This document shows, piece after piece, positions 44,174-51,725 of a DNA stretch of 51,725 nt. The position numbers were made by a program, and so were the translations under genes. This DNA comes from a virus, in IMG/VR virus record IMGVR_UViG_2744054425_000001, positions 1 to 51,725 of that record, one strand, 5' to 3'. A model generated the notes under the pieces. That model was not told where the DNA came from. It did not search any database and was given only the letters and a program-made list of their open reading frames with translations. How positions within the stretch are numbered: the stretch's first letter is position 1; every line of letters begins with the position of its first letter.

Positions 44174-46431
44174 TGAAAAGGTTTTTGTGTATAATTTTAT
44201 TATTGGTGTCCTTATTTGGATATTCTCAAAAATGGGTAACTGTTACAGGTGGTGGTGCAAATAATGGCAGTAGTGAAGCAAATGCATGGACCTTTTCACA
44301 AATGATCAGTAATTTATCCCAGTGTAAGCCATGTTATGTTAAAGCAGGCAATTATGGCACAGGAAATTATACTTCTTCCGCTTCTGGTACTATTGGCAGC
44401 CCTATAGAAATTATTGGTTATAAAAATACCCCCGGTGATATTGTTGCCACTAATGGGTCAACATTTATTTATGGCGTAAGTAGTTATTCTACTAATGATT
44501 ATCCAACCTTACAAGGCACTAGAACTTCTTATAGTGGAAGCGGTGCCAGTGTTTCTGGAGGTTCAGTTAGTGGTGTGGCTTTGAATTTATCTGGTGCTTA
44601 TGTAAATATTTCCAATTTCCAGTTTAAAGATAAATCTTCCGCCATGTATTTTAACGGTACTGGAAGTATTGCCAACAACTTAATTATCCATGATATGGGA
44701 AGTTATACTGGATACAGTGGAAACGGTATAATAATGAACGGTACAGGCGCAACATTTAAAAACTCTTACATAAATAATGGTGGTGCTCAAGCATTTACAA
44801 ATACCAGTGGGGATAATCAACTTATTGAAAATAATTGGATTAGTTGTGACCAATCCATTGGTCAGGAATGGTCAACAGATTATTATTTACTGTTAACTGG
44901 TTACGGTGGAAATGGTGCCAACTATAACATTATTAGAAATAACACAATATGGAGGAAGCCAGGGCAATATCATCAAGGGCATGGCCTAATTTTAAAAGGA
45001 CATGCACAAAATAATAGTATAGAGAATAATCTTATACAAAATTGCCCATTAGAACTTTCTTTTGATGAAGTTTCAAATAACACAGTTACAGGTGGAACTA
45101 TACAGGGCACCGGCACAGAAAGTGGCAATGTGGATTATGCCTTTATTCTAATTGCAAACGGCGCTCACCATAATACCTTTCAAAATATGACGGTGACAGG
45201 AGATGTAGGTGTTCGGTTTTCTGATTGGAACGATGGTTGGACGCCTAGTCCAGATACAGATGCCACAGATGCAGGACATGACAATTATTTTAAAAATATC
45301 ATATTCAAAAACCTGCATAAAGGGATTCAATTTGCTTGGCACTGGTACGGAACTGGAACGGCAAGGGATAATATTTTTGATAGTTGTTTATTCTATGGTA
45401 TAGAGGATGAACTGTTCACGGTAGAGCGTGGAAATTCTGGAACCATACTTAGGAACTGTATTATTGCCAACAATTCCGCTACCACTTACGAAGGAGGAAA
45501 TAATTCATTGGCTAGACCAGCAGGAACAAATTACCCTTTAAACGTAACATTTATAAACAGTACATTTTACAGTAATGGATTTTCTACCCCTTCTGGCACA
45601 AATAACCTGACATCAAATCCTTTATTTACCAATGCAGGGGCAGGGGATTTCACGCCGCAGGCAGGAAGTCCTTCAATAGATTCTGGAAGTGCCGCAACGA
45701 TAGCCACTTTGGATTTTAACGGGGACACAAGGGATGGGAGTCCAGACCGTGGGCCTTATGAATATAATGGGGGCGGTGCTGATGAAACTCCACCTTATAT
45801 TTTAACCCATGATGTTTTGGAAAATACAGCTACTACCCATAGGGTAGATTGGACATTGAATGAGGGCAGCAAGGGGCAGATTATATACGACACCAATACA
45901 GGTGTGGTAGAAGGGGATTATCCTTATGCAACTACCTTAGAAAATTCTTTTTTGACCCATCATATACAGGCAATGGGCAACAATCCAAGTGGTGTAAATC
46001 CTTATTTAACCCCAAGCACTACGTATTATTATAGGATAAAAATGGAGGATGCTTCTGGCAACGATGCTTTAAGTTCAGAGTATAGCTTCACTACGCTGTC
46101 AAATGGGGATGTCCCTGTTATAGCTTTAATAGGAAGTTCAGAAGTATTTTTAAATGTAGGGGAAACATACACGGAATTAGGGGCTACTTGGACGGATACG
46201 GAAGATGGTACGGGTTCGGCTACAGTTGGAGGTGATACCGTTTTGGATGTTGTAGGCACTTATGTTGTGACTTATAACCATACAGACACAGACAGTAATC
46301 AAGCTGTAGAGGTAACAAGGACGGTTTATGTATCTGCCCCTAGTGTAGAATATTTTATTCCCATCAGAATGAGGTCGGACATAAGTAGTTCCCGATTCTT
46401 TTACATCAACAACTTAAAAAAATCATTTTAA
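44173..46431 (+). CDS. Signal-peptide right-handed beta-helix protein (polysaccharide lyase/depolymerase-like) with FN3-like and Ig-like C-terminal domains
   Basis: Signal peptide MKRFLCIILLLVSLFGYSQ. Repeated PbH1-like turns: NNLIIHD, FKNSYINNGG, IENNWIS, IRNNTIW, IENNLIQN, FQNMTVTG, FKNIIFKN, LRNCIIANN, FINSTFYSNG. C-terminal region: YYYRIKMEDASGN and VIALIGSSEVFLNVGETYTELGATWTD. Confidence 0.7.
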   Translation: MKRFLCIILLLVSLFGYSQKWVTVTGGGANNGSSEANAWTFSQMISNLSQCKPCYVKAGNYGTGNYTSSASGTIGSPIEIIGYKNTPGDIVATNGSTFIYGVSSYSTNDYPTLQGTRTSYSGSGASVSGGSVSGVALNLSGAYVNISNFQFKDKSSAMYFNGTGSIANNLIIHDMGSYTGYSGNGIIMNGTGATFKNSYINNGGAQAFTNTSGDNQLIENNWISCDQSIGQEWSTDYYLLLTGYGGNGANYNIIRNNTIWRKPGQYHQGHGLILKGHAQNNSIENNLIQNCPLELSFDEVSNNTVTGGTIQGTGTESGNVDYAFILIANGAHHNTFQNMTVTGDVGVRFSDWNDGWTPSPDTDATDAGHDNYFKNIIFKNLHKGIQFAWHWYGTGTARDNIFDSCLFYGIEDELFTVERGNSGTILRNCIIANNSATTYEGGNNSLARPAGTNYPLNVTFINSTFYSNGFSTPSGTNNLTSNPLFTNAGAGDFTPQAGSPSIDSGSAATIATLDFNGDTRDGSPDRGPYEYNGGGADETPPYILTHDVLENTATTHRVDWTLNEGSKGQIIYDTNTGVVEGDYPYATTLENSFLTHHIQAMGNNPSGVNPYLTPSTTYYYRIKMEDASGNDALSSEYSFTTLSNGDVPVIALIGSSEVFLNVGETYTELGATWTDTEDGTGSATVGGDTVLDVVGTYVVTYNHTDTDSNQAVEVTRTVYVSAPSVEYFIPIRMRSDISSSRFFYINNLKKSF

Positions 46432-46445
46432 CCATGGAACCCCAC

Positions 46446-46480
46446 ACCACCATAGCAGTCATTTATATCCTAATGGTGGT
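46446..46480 (+). terminator. Hairpin downstream of the beta-helix gene (possible terminator, no clear T-run)
   Basis: ACCACCAT (46446..46453) pairs with ATGGTGGT (46473..46480), with a 19-nt loop. Confidence 0.35.
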
Positions 46481-46523
46481 AGTAAAAAGTATTTAATGTT
46501 AATAGCAAATTAATAATAGAGAT

Positions 46524-46784
46524 ATGGAGAATTTAAAGAACATCGAAAACCTATATAAAAAGATATTCCTATTGTTTTTAGGGAGCTTTTTAATGGTAGT
46601 GCCGTTTTACGCAAGCAGCAGGAGTATGTTGTTGTTGAGCGACAAAGAAGCTGATTGGGGAACTGTACATTGGATATTTCTATTCATGGGAATAGTGTTT
46701 TTTGTTGGTGGATGGGCCTTTAACAGTATCGCTAAAATAGTGGTCAAGATAGCAGAGAATTACAGTAATAAGTTTACGAAATAA
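46524..46784 (+). CDS. Two-TM small membrane protein (86 aa), holin candidate
   Basis: Two hydrophobic segments, IFLLFLGSFLMVVPFY and WIFLFMGIVFFVGGWAF, followed by a charged C-terminus. Confidence 0.5.
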   Translation: MENLKNIENLYKKIFLLFLGSFLMVVPFYASSRSMLLLSDKEADWGTVHWIFLFMGIVFFVGGWAFNSIAKIVVKIAENYSNKFTK

Positions 46785-46792
46785 ATAGAATC

Positions 46793-47065
46793 ATGCCTCA
46801 TAGAATATTAGTCTACCTCACATTTTTAAAATCCGTAACTGTTGATTGGAAAATCCTTTTAGGGTCTATAACCTTTGCTATTGCATGGCCTCACTTTGAA
46901 CTCATAGCACGGTTCTTTACTCCTATAGTCGGGGGTATTATATGGGTATTCCTAAAACCTAAAGTTATAGAGTTAAAGGAGAAATATAAAGGAATGAGCA
47001 AGATGCAAATTATAATGGACGTATTGGTATCGATTAAGAATTTCATTTTTAAAATATTCAAATAA
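46793..47065 (+). CDS. Two-TM small membrane protein (90 aa)
   Basis: Two hydrophobic segments, ILLGSITFAIAW and FFTPIVGGIIWVFL, followed by a Lys-rich C-terminus. Confidence 0.5.
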   Translation: MPHRILVYLTFLKSVTVDWKILLGSITFAIAWPHFELIARFFTPIVGGIIWVFLKPKVIELKEKYKGMSKMQIIMDVLVSIKNFIFKIFK

Positions 47066-47616
47066 TGCACGGATACAGACTTGTAATAAAGATTTTGGTT
47101 TACCTAACACTGGCTTTATCTAGTGTAATGGTAGGCTTGAATTTTATAACGGGTAGCCCTTATGTTTCTTGGAGCCTGTACATGGGCTCAGATACCCTTT
47201 ATCCGTTGTTATTGGCTACGTTGTTATCCATTTCAATAGCGTTGGTTACACGAGGCTATACACATCCTGAAAGACACAGTGTTCTATTCAGCAAATGGGG
47301 GATAGATGTGAGTTTAGAGGGACTAAACAAATACGCAGGGGTGGTTTTTGCCTTGGTACTTGTATTTGCGGTTTCGCACCCTTCATGGTACGTACAAAAT
47401 ATGCACAACATATTGACGGGGATAGGAATGTTCCTTGTTCATTTAGAATTATGGACATACTACCAAGGAGAAAAAAAGAGGTCTTGGAGGATATATTCGG
47501 TTTTGGGAATAGTCGGGTTTTTACTCGCTTACATATTCAATCTTTATACAATAGGATTAGGGGAAATATTGGTAACGCTTCCCGTAATAGGTCACATTTT
47601 AAAAACAAATAAATAA
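47065..47616 (+). CDS. Polytopic membrane protein (183 aa, about 5-6 TM)
   Basis: Multiple hydrophobic helices. TAATG junction with the previous ORF. Confidence 0.55.
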   Translation: MHGYRLVIKILVYLTLALSSVMVGLNFITGSPYVSWSLYMGSDTLYPLLLATLLSISIALVTRGYTHPERHSVLFSKWGIDVSLEGLNKYAGVVFALVLVFAVSHPSWYVQNMHNILTGIGMFLVHLELWTYYQGEKKRSWRIYSVLGIVGFLLAYIFNLYTIGLGEILVTLPVIGHILKTNK

Positions 47617-47634
47617 CAATTAAATAAATAAATC

Positions 47635-49194
47635 ATGGCGTATAGAATAAGTACAAAAGGAGAATCAAAAAGATTCTACATGGAAGATTTGGATTCAAGT
47701 AGAAAACCAGAACCATATCCAAATCAATATATTATCGCTAAAGAACATTCTAATGGAAACATCTTGGTTTTATCGGTAATGGGAGCTAGTGACGGTAGAC
47801 CTTTCCCTTTCTCCACATCTGTAGGTTTTCCTTATACTGATTTTAGGGACGGAAATAACTCTGATGCTACATTTGCAAGCGTTCAAGAGGTTTTGGATTG
47901 GTTCGACGATAACACGGGTTTTAAGAGGGCAGGACGGTCTGCCTTAACAACCGATATATTCAACCCCAATTTAATAGAGTTGGCAGGGCAAAGCAATGCT
48001 TTAGGTTTTGAATTATTGACAAATAAACCAACAGGATTAACATTTACAAGGGGCGGGGCGTACATTTCAAAAGGAGGTAAAAATTTTTCAGGTGTCCCGG
48101 TCACAATAGAAACATTGAGCAATTCAACAGCATGGGGCTGGTATGACAGTAACGTAAACAGTACTTACGGCATTGAAATGGCTTTAATGAAGCTATTAAC
48201 AGAGCATTACGACGAAGATTTTTATTTGATAAAAACCGCAATGGGCGGTACCGGTTTAGAATCTATACTAGGCAATGACCCAACAAACGCAACATGTGAT
48301 TGGAATATAGATTCTATTAATGATTTATATGATCAATCAAATCAACACCATGATGATGCAGTTGCTTTAATTCCCGGTGAAGATGCCCCCGCTTATTATA
48401 TATGGATTCAAGGCGAAACCGATATTGCAAGAAATGACCTTGCCACTTATCAGGAAAACCTAGAAGCGTTCATTGATGTAAAAAGAACTTATTACAATAG
48501 GCCAAAAATGCCATTTATAATAGTTCGTATAGGTGACCAAATGTCATATTTCACAGAAACCCAAAGAAACAATCTTAGGGCAATTCAAGAAACGGTGGCA
48601 GCGCAGCCCTATAATGTTTTAATTGATGCGGATGGCGCAACTATGAAGGATGATAATTTACATTATAATGCCGCGGGTTTAGATTTAATAGCCAAAAGGA
48701 TTGCCGATTATATGGGGGTGGATGTAGTATTTAATAATGTTGAGCCACATGATCCATTAGATAAATTTCCTTTAGGGTTTCCTGTATCTTCAGATGATAC
48801 CAACGACATAAGCGGTCTTTCTTATATTTTAGGGAGTGTTTCGGTTGAAAGTTGGATAATGGACGGCGAAGATGTAAACAGTATTATGACCAAATCAGAA
48901 GGGGGTATGTCAGTAGCTCAAATAACAATTACAGGTTTAACACCAAATGTCCCAATAACAATACAAGTGAGAGGTTATGAGGCTATGCCTTCCGCATTTG
49001 GTAGGGTATCAATACCCAATGCGGGTATTACTTCCGGTACGGATGTATTCCAAACTATTGATGGCGCTACATTTGCTAATTATTCTATCAATGTAACACC
49101 GATAGGTTCCACAATGAATATGGAATTAAGGTCTAATTCAAATACACCAGGGGATTTTTGTTTGTGGTCCAAGGTTAAAATTTTTGAGCAATGA
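47635..49194 (+). CDS. SASA/SGNH-type carbohydrate O-acetylesterase-like protein (519 aa)
   Basis: LAGQSNALGF (GQSN block), YIWIQGETD (QGE.D block) and DNLHYNAAG (His block) match the sialate O-acetylesterase (DUF303) pattern. No signal peptide. A beta-rich C-terminal domain is present. Confidence 0.6.
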   Translation: MAYRISTKGESKRFYMEDLDSSRKPEPYPNQYIIAKEHSNGNILVLSVMGASDGRPFPFSTSVGFPYTDFRDGNNSDATFASVQEVLDWFDDNTGFKRAGRSALTTDIFNPNLIELAGQSNALGFELLTNKPTGLTFTRGGAYISKGGKNFSGVPVTIETLSNSTAWGWYDSNVNSTYGIEMALMKLLTEHYDEDFYLIKTAMGGTGLESILGNDPTNATCDWNIDSINDLYDQSNQHHDDAVALIPGEDAPAYYIWIQGETDIARNDLATYQENLEAFIDVKRTYYNRPKMPFIIVRIGDQMSYFTETQRNNLRAIQETVAAQPYNVLIDADGATMKDDNLHYNAAGLDLIAKRIADYMGVDVVFNNVEPHDPLDKFPLGFPVSSDDTNDISGLSYILGSVSVESWIMDGEDVNSIMTKSEGGMSVAQITITGLTPNVPITIQVRGYEAMPSAFGRVSIPNAGITSGTDVFQTIDGATFANYSINVTPIGSTMNMELRSNSNTPGDFCLWSKVKIFEQ

Positions 49195-49284
49195 CAACAC
49201 TATATATACTAATAGTTTTAATAGCCTTTAATGTGCTATTGCTTAAATGCTCCAATAAGGAGTATAAAGGAAAGGATTTTTAAA

Positions 49285-49932
49285 ATGATCAAAATACTAC
49301 AATTCCAAAAAAATAATGGTTTGGACCCGGACGGCGTTGTGGGGCCAAACACATTAAACGCGTTCCGGGAGTTGTACGGGTTGTCCATTAGACAGGTGGC
49401 CAATTTATTTGGGCAATTGCACCATGAAACCAACGGGTTTAAACAGGATGTGGAAAGTTTAAATTATTCCGTGGAGCGTTTGCCGGTCGTTTTTAAGTAT
49501 TACAGGGACCATCCGGACGAAGCCATTTTGGACGGCAAGTTTTCCGGAAAACAAGCGGACCAACAGACCATTGCCAACAAAGTGTATTGGGACAAAAACA
49601 GGTCCCCAAAATTTAAGTTGGGGAACACGCAATGGGGCGACGGTTGGAAGCACCGCGGACGTGGCGCAATAATGGTAACAGGAAAGAACAACCACCGGTT
49701 ATTGGGCGAATATGTAAAAGACGATTTGGTACAATGTCCGGAATTGATTTCCAATGTTTATTATTGGGATTCCGCGTTGTGGTACATGTCCGCAAACCAA
49801 TTGTGGCCATTGGCGGACCAATTAACGGACGGAAGCATTAAACAATTGTGTAAGGCCATAAACGCCGGGTACCACGGATTGGACAAACGCCGCAAATGGA
49901 CGTATTGGTACCACAGAATTTTAACAAGATGA
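49285..49932 (+). CDS. Endolysin: PG_binding_1 domain plus GH19-like muramidase/chitinase domain
   Basis: LQFQKNNGLDPDGVVGPNTLNAF is a peptidoglycan-binding repeat. HHETNGF and GRGAIMVTGKNN match the GH19 catalytic region. Confidence 0.75.
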   Translation: MIKILQFQKNNGLDPDGVVGPNTLNAFRELYGLSIRQVANLFGQLHHETNGFKQDVESLNYSVERLPVVFKYYRDHPDEAILDGKFSGKQADQQTIANKVYWDKNRSPKFKLGNTQWGDGWKHRGRGAIMVTGKNNHRLLGEYVKDDLVQCPELISNVYYWDSALWYMSANQLWPLADQLTDGSIKQLCKAINAGYHGLDKRRKWTYWYHRILTR

Positions 49933-50372
49933 AAAAATACATTGTTTTATTGTTGATCCTGGTAATGTTTGGATGTGGCACCAAAAAAAAGGTGGTACAG
50001 GTGGCCACCGTTAAAAAGGACGTTACCATTACCCAGCACAATGACATAACCACCAACGCCGTGGAAATTAAGACCACGACCAAAACCACGTACACCCCAA
50101 AAGACCCCACAAAACCAATGGTATTACCGGACGGGACCACCACCACCAACGCCGTGGTGGAAAAGACCCAGGAAACCCAGGAAACCACCACCGCGGCCCA
50201 GGACAAAACCATTACAGAAACAAAGGACGAAACCAAGACCAAAGACCGCGCCATGGATTTGGACGTTAAAAAATCCAACCCTTATTTGTGGTTGTATATA
50301 GCCATTGCCACGGTGGTATTGTTCGTCCTGGTGTATTGGTACATTACCAAACCCAAAAAACCTACAATTTAA
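49929..50372 (+). CDS. Candidate unimolecular spanin: N-terminal lipoprotein signal plus C-terminal TM anchor
   Basis: MKKYIVLLLILVMFGCG has a lipobox Cys. The middle is Thr/Lys/Glu-rich. The C-terminal TM helix is YLWLYIAIATVVLFVLVYWYI. ATGA overlap with the endolysin stop. Confidence 0.55.
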   Translation: MKKYIVLLLILVMFGCGTKKKVVQVATVKKDVTITQHNDITTNAVEIKTTTKTTYTPKDPTKPMVLPDGTTTTNAVVEKTQETQETTTAAQDKTITETKDETKTKDRAMDLDVKKSNPYLWLYIAIATVVLFVLVYWYITKPKKPTI

Positions 50373-51639
50373 AATCCAACAAATTGGACCAGTCCGCCGG
50401 GCGGTCCGCGTCGTTTTCATGGATGTATTTTTTTATTCCGGATTCCGAGGTGTGGCCGGTAATGCGCATTAAATATTGGATGGCCTCAATATGTGTAAGG
50501 CCGTTACTTTTTAAGACCAAATACGTGTTGGTAATATAGGTGTGGCGGAAGGAATACAACCCGTATTCCGGACCCAGGCCCAACAGATCTTTTAATTTTT
50601 TAAATCGTTTTGTAAAATAGTTCCGTTTGTCCCGGTCGTCCGTGGTCCAAAGTGCGGGCGCGTTGTCCGGGGTGAACAAATGGAAATTGGCCGGTGGATC
50701 ATTGGCCAACAATTTTTTAAAGTCGTCAATATATAGGTTGGGAATGTGTTTTGTTTTCCCTGTTTTGGTTTTTTGGTCAAAATACATGGTTTGCGTTTCC
50801 AGGTCAATGGACGAAACCGTTAACCGGTTAACCTCAATGGGGCGCAAAAAGTTGTACGCCACAATTTTAATGTACAACAATAAATGGGGATCGTGTTTTT
50901 TTAGGTGGTCGGAAATGGTGCGCATTTGGTCAAGGGTAAACCGCCGGTCCGTTTTGGATCTTGTTTTTAGTTTTTTAATGTCCGTGTCTATAAAATTACG
51001 ATCAATAATAAATTTGTCCCGCAATTCTGAAAAGATGGACGACAGGGACGCCCGCACGTTGTTACGGTTGCGCGGTGAGGTTTTGCGCAAAACGGTGTCC
51101 AGGAACATGGAAACGTCCACACGATCAATTAATTTAATGTCGTGTGTGTTCTTTTTATTTTGTTTTAAAAATCGAATAAAGGCGTTTGCGTGGCTTTTAT
51201 AGTCGGTATAGGTACTAATGCCGACAACGTGTTGTTTTGCTGCCAAAGCGTCCAAAATGGCGTTTTCCGCGGACAAAACCGTGTCGGGTTCCACGGGTTC
51301 GGTTTCCTGGTATGTAAACGGGTTGAAACCTTCCAAAAACGTTTCCACCATACCTTTTTTGTAAACCCGCATAAATTCCAACCGGTCCGTTTTGGTCTTT
51401 AACCTATTAATCCCCGCTTTAATATTGGATTGCCGTACCATTTTTCCGGTGTCCGGGTGGCGGTACCACCATTTAATGTACCAATCTTTGGACATGGCCG
51501 CGCGTTGTTCTTTGGGTGTAAGATCGGCCCAATTGTCCGGATCAATGCCGCCGGTATAAAATGAAATGGTGTAATTTTTTTTTCCCACAGGTGGTACGGT
51601 TAGTGGTACTTTTTGATTGAAAACTTTTGAAAACCCCAT
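50362..51639 (-). CDS. int: Tyrosine recombinase / phage integrase
   Basis: LYSFRHTYITN (the box with His and Arg) and ITGHTSESGIKKYI (His...Tyr) form the catalytic C-terminus. It is adjacent to the tRNA-containing repeat, and its first 9 nt lie inside that repeat. Confidence 0.9.
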   Translation of the reverse strand: MGFSKVFNQKVPLTVPPVGKKNYTISFYTGGIDPDNWADLTPKEQRAAMSKDWYIKWWYRHPDTGKMVRQSNIKAGINRLKTKTDRLEFMRVYKKGMVETFLEGFNPFTYQETEPVEPDTVLSAENAILDALAAKQHVVGISTYTDYKSHANAFIRFLKQNKKNTHDIKLIDRVDVSMFLDTVLRKTSPRNRNNVRASLSSIFSELRDKFIIDRNFIDTDIKKLKTRSKTDRRFTLDQMRTISDHLKKHDPHLLLYIKIVAYNFLRPIEVNRLTVSSIDLETQTMYFDQKTKTGKTKHIPNLYIDDFKKLLANDPPANFHLFTPDNAPALWTTDDRDKRNYFTKRFKKLKDLLGLGPEYGLYSFRHTYITNTYLVLKSNGLTHIEAIQYLMRITGHTSESGIKKYIHENDADRPADWSNLLDFKL

Positions 51640-51725
51640 TTAAAAAACTCTTTAAAGCCTAATAAATAGGGGGTTTTCGTTGTAGCGAGAGGGGGGCACG
51701 ATCCCCCGACCTCCGGGTTATGAAT
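51631..51725. repeat. Right copy of the 95-bp direct terminal repeat (att core or circular overlap)
   Basis: Identical to 1..95. The tRNA(CAT) 3'-half reads on the minus strand, so the 5' half would lie beyond the window end if this is an integrated prophage. Confidence 0.85.

Overview
The window is a complete temperate phage or prophage of about 51.6 kb. It is bounded by a perfect 95-bp direct repeat (1..95 = 51631..51725). This repeat contains the 3' half of a tRNA(CAT) on the minus strand and abuts a tyrosine integrase. Promoter architecture (TTG / TAnnTTTG), absence of Shine-Dalgarno sequences, A-rich translation starts and signal peptides ending in ..AQ/..SQ point to a Bacteroidota (Flavobacteriia-like) host.

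Gene order, left to right:
- att, then a lipoprotein moron
- a CI-like repressor with a three-operator switch
- early genes: SbcC/Rad50-like ATPase, RecT, MBL nuclease, NinB
- three orphan DNA methyltransferases, an SNF2 helicase, an HNH nuclease, a DUF4373 replication organiser, a DnaC-like loader and a RuvC-like resolvase
- TerS and a lambda GpA-type TerL
- lambda-like head genes: S49 protease, decoration protein, E-type major capsid protein
- a phage tRNA-Met
- contractile tail: sheath, tube, chaperone with -1 frameshift, tape measure
- baseplate genes and two paralogous fibres
- a DUF2829 (Tad2-like) gene
- more baseplate genes, then gpW and portal
- a CpG-poor cargo island, endolysin, candidate unimolecular spanin, and integrase

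Observations most worth following up:
1. A ~7.3-kb compositionally foreign island (about 41.9-49.3 kb). It encodes three consecutive Sec-signal proteins (fibre-like, CBM-like, beta-helix depolymerase-like), three small membrane proteins and a SASA/SGNH O-acetylesterase.
2. A ~100-bp regulated promoter cassette reused three times in front of unrelated small genes.
3. An identical 62-bp terminator-promoter repeat that splits the lambda-type head operon, so gpW and portal lie about 18 kb from TerL.
4. A DUF2829/Tad2-like candidate immune-signal sponge inserted among the tail genes.
5. A candidate cos region with four GTGTCAC sites.

All functional calls come from motif recognition by eye. No database search was run.
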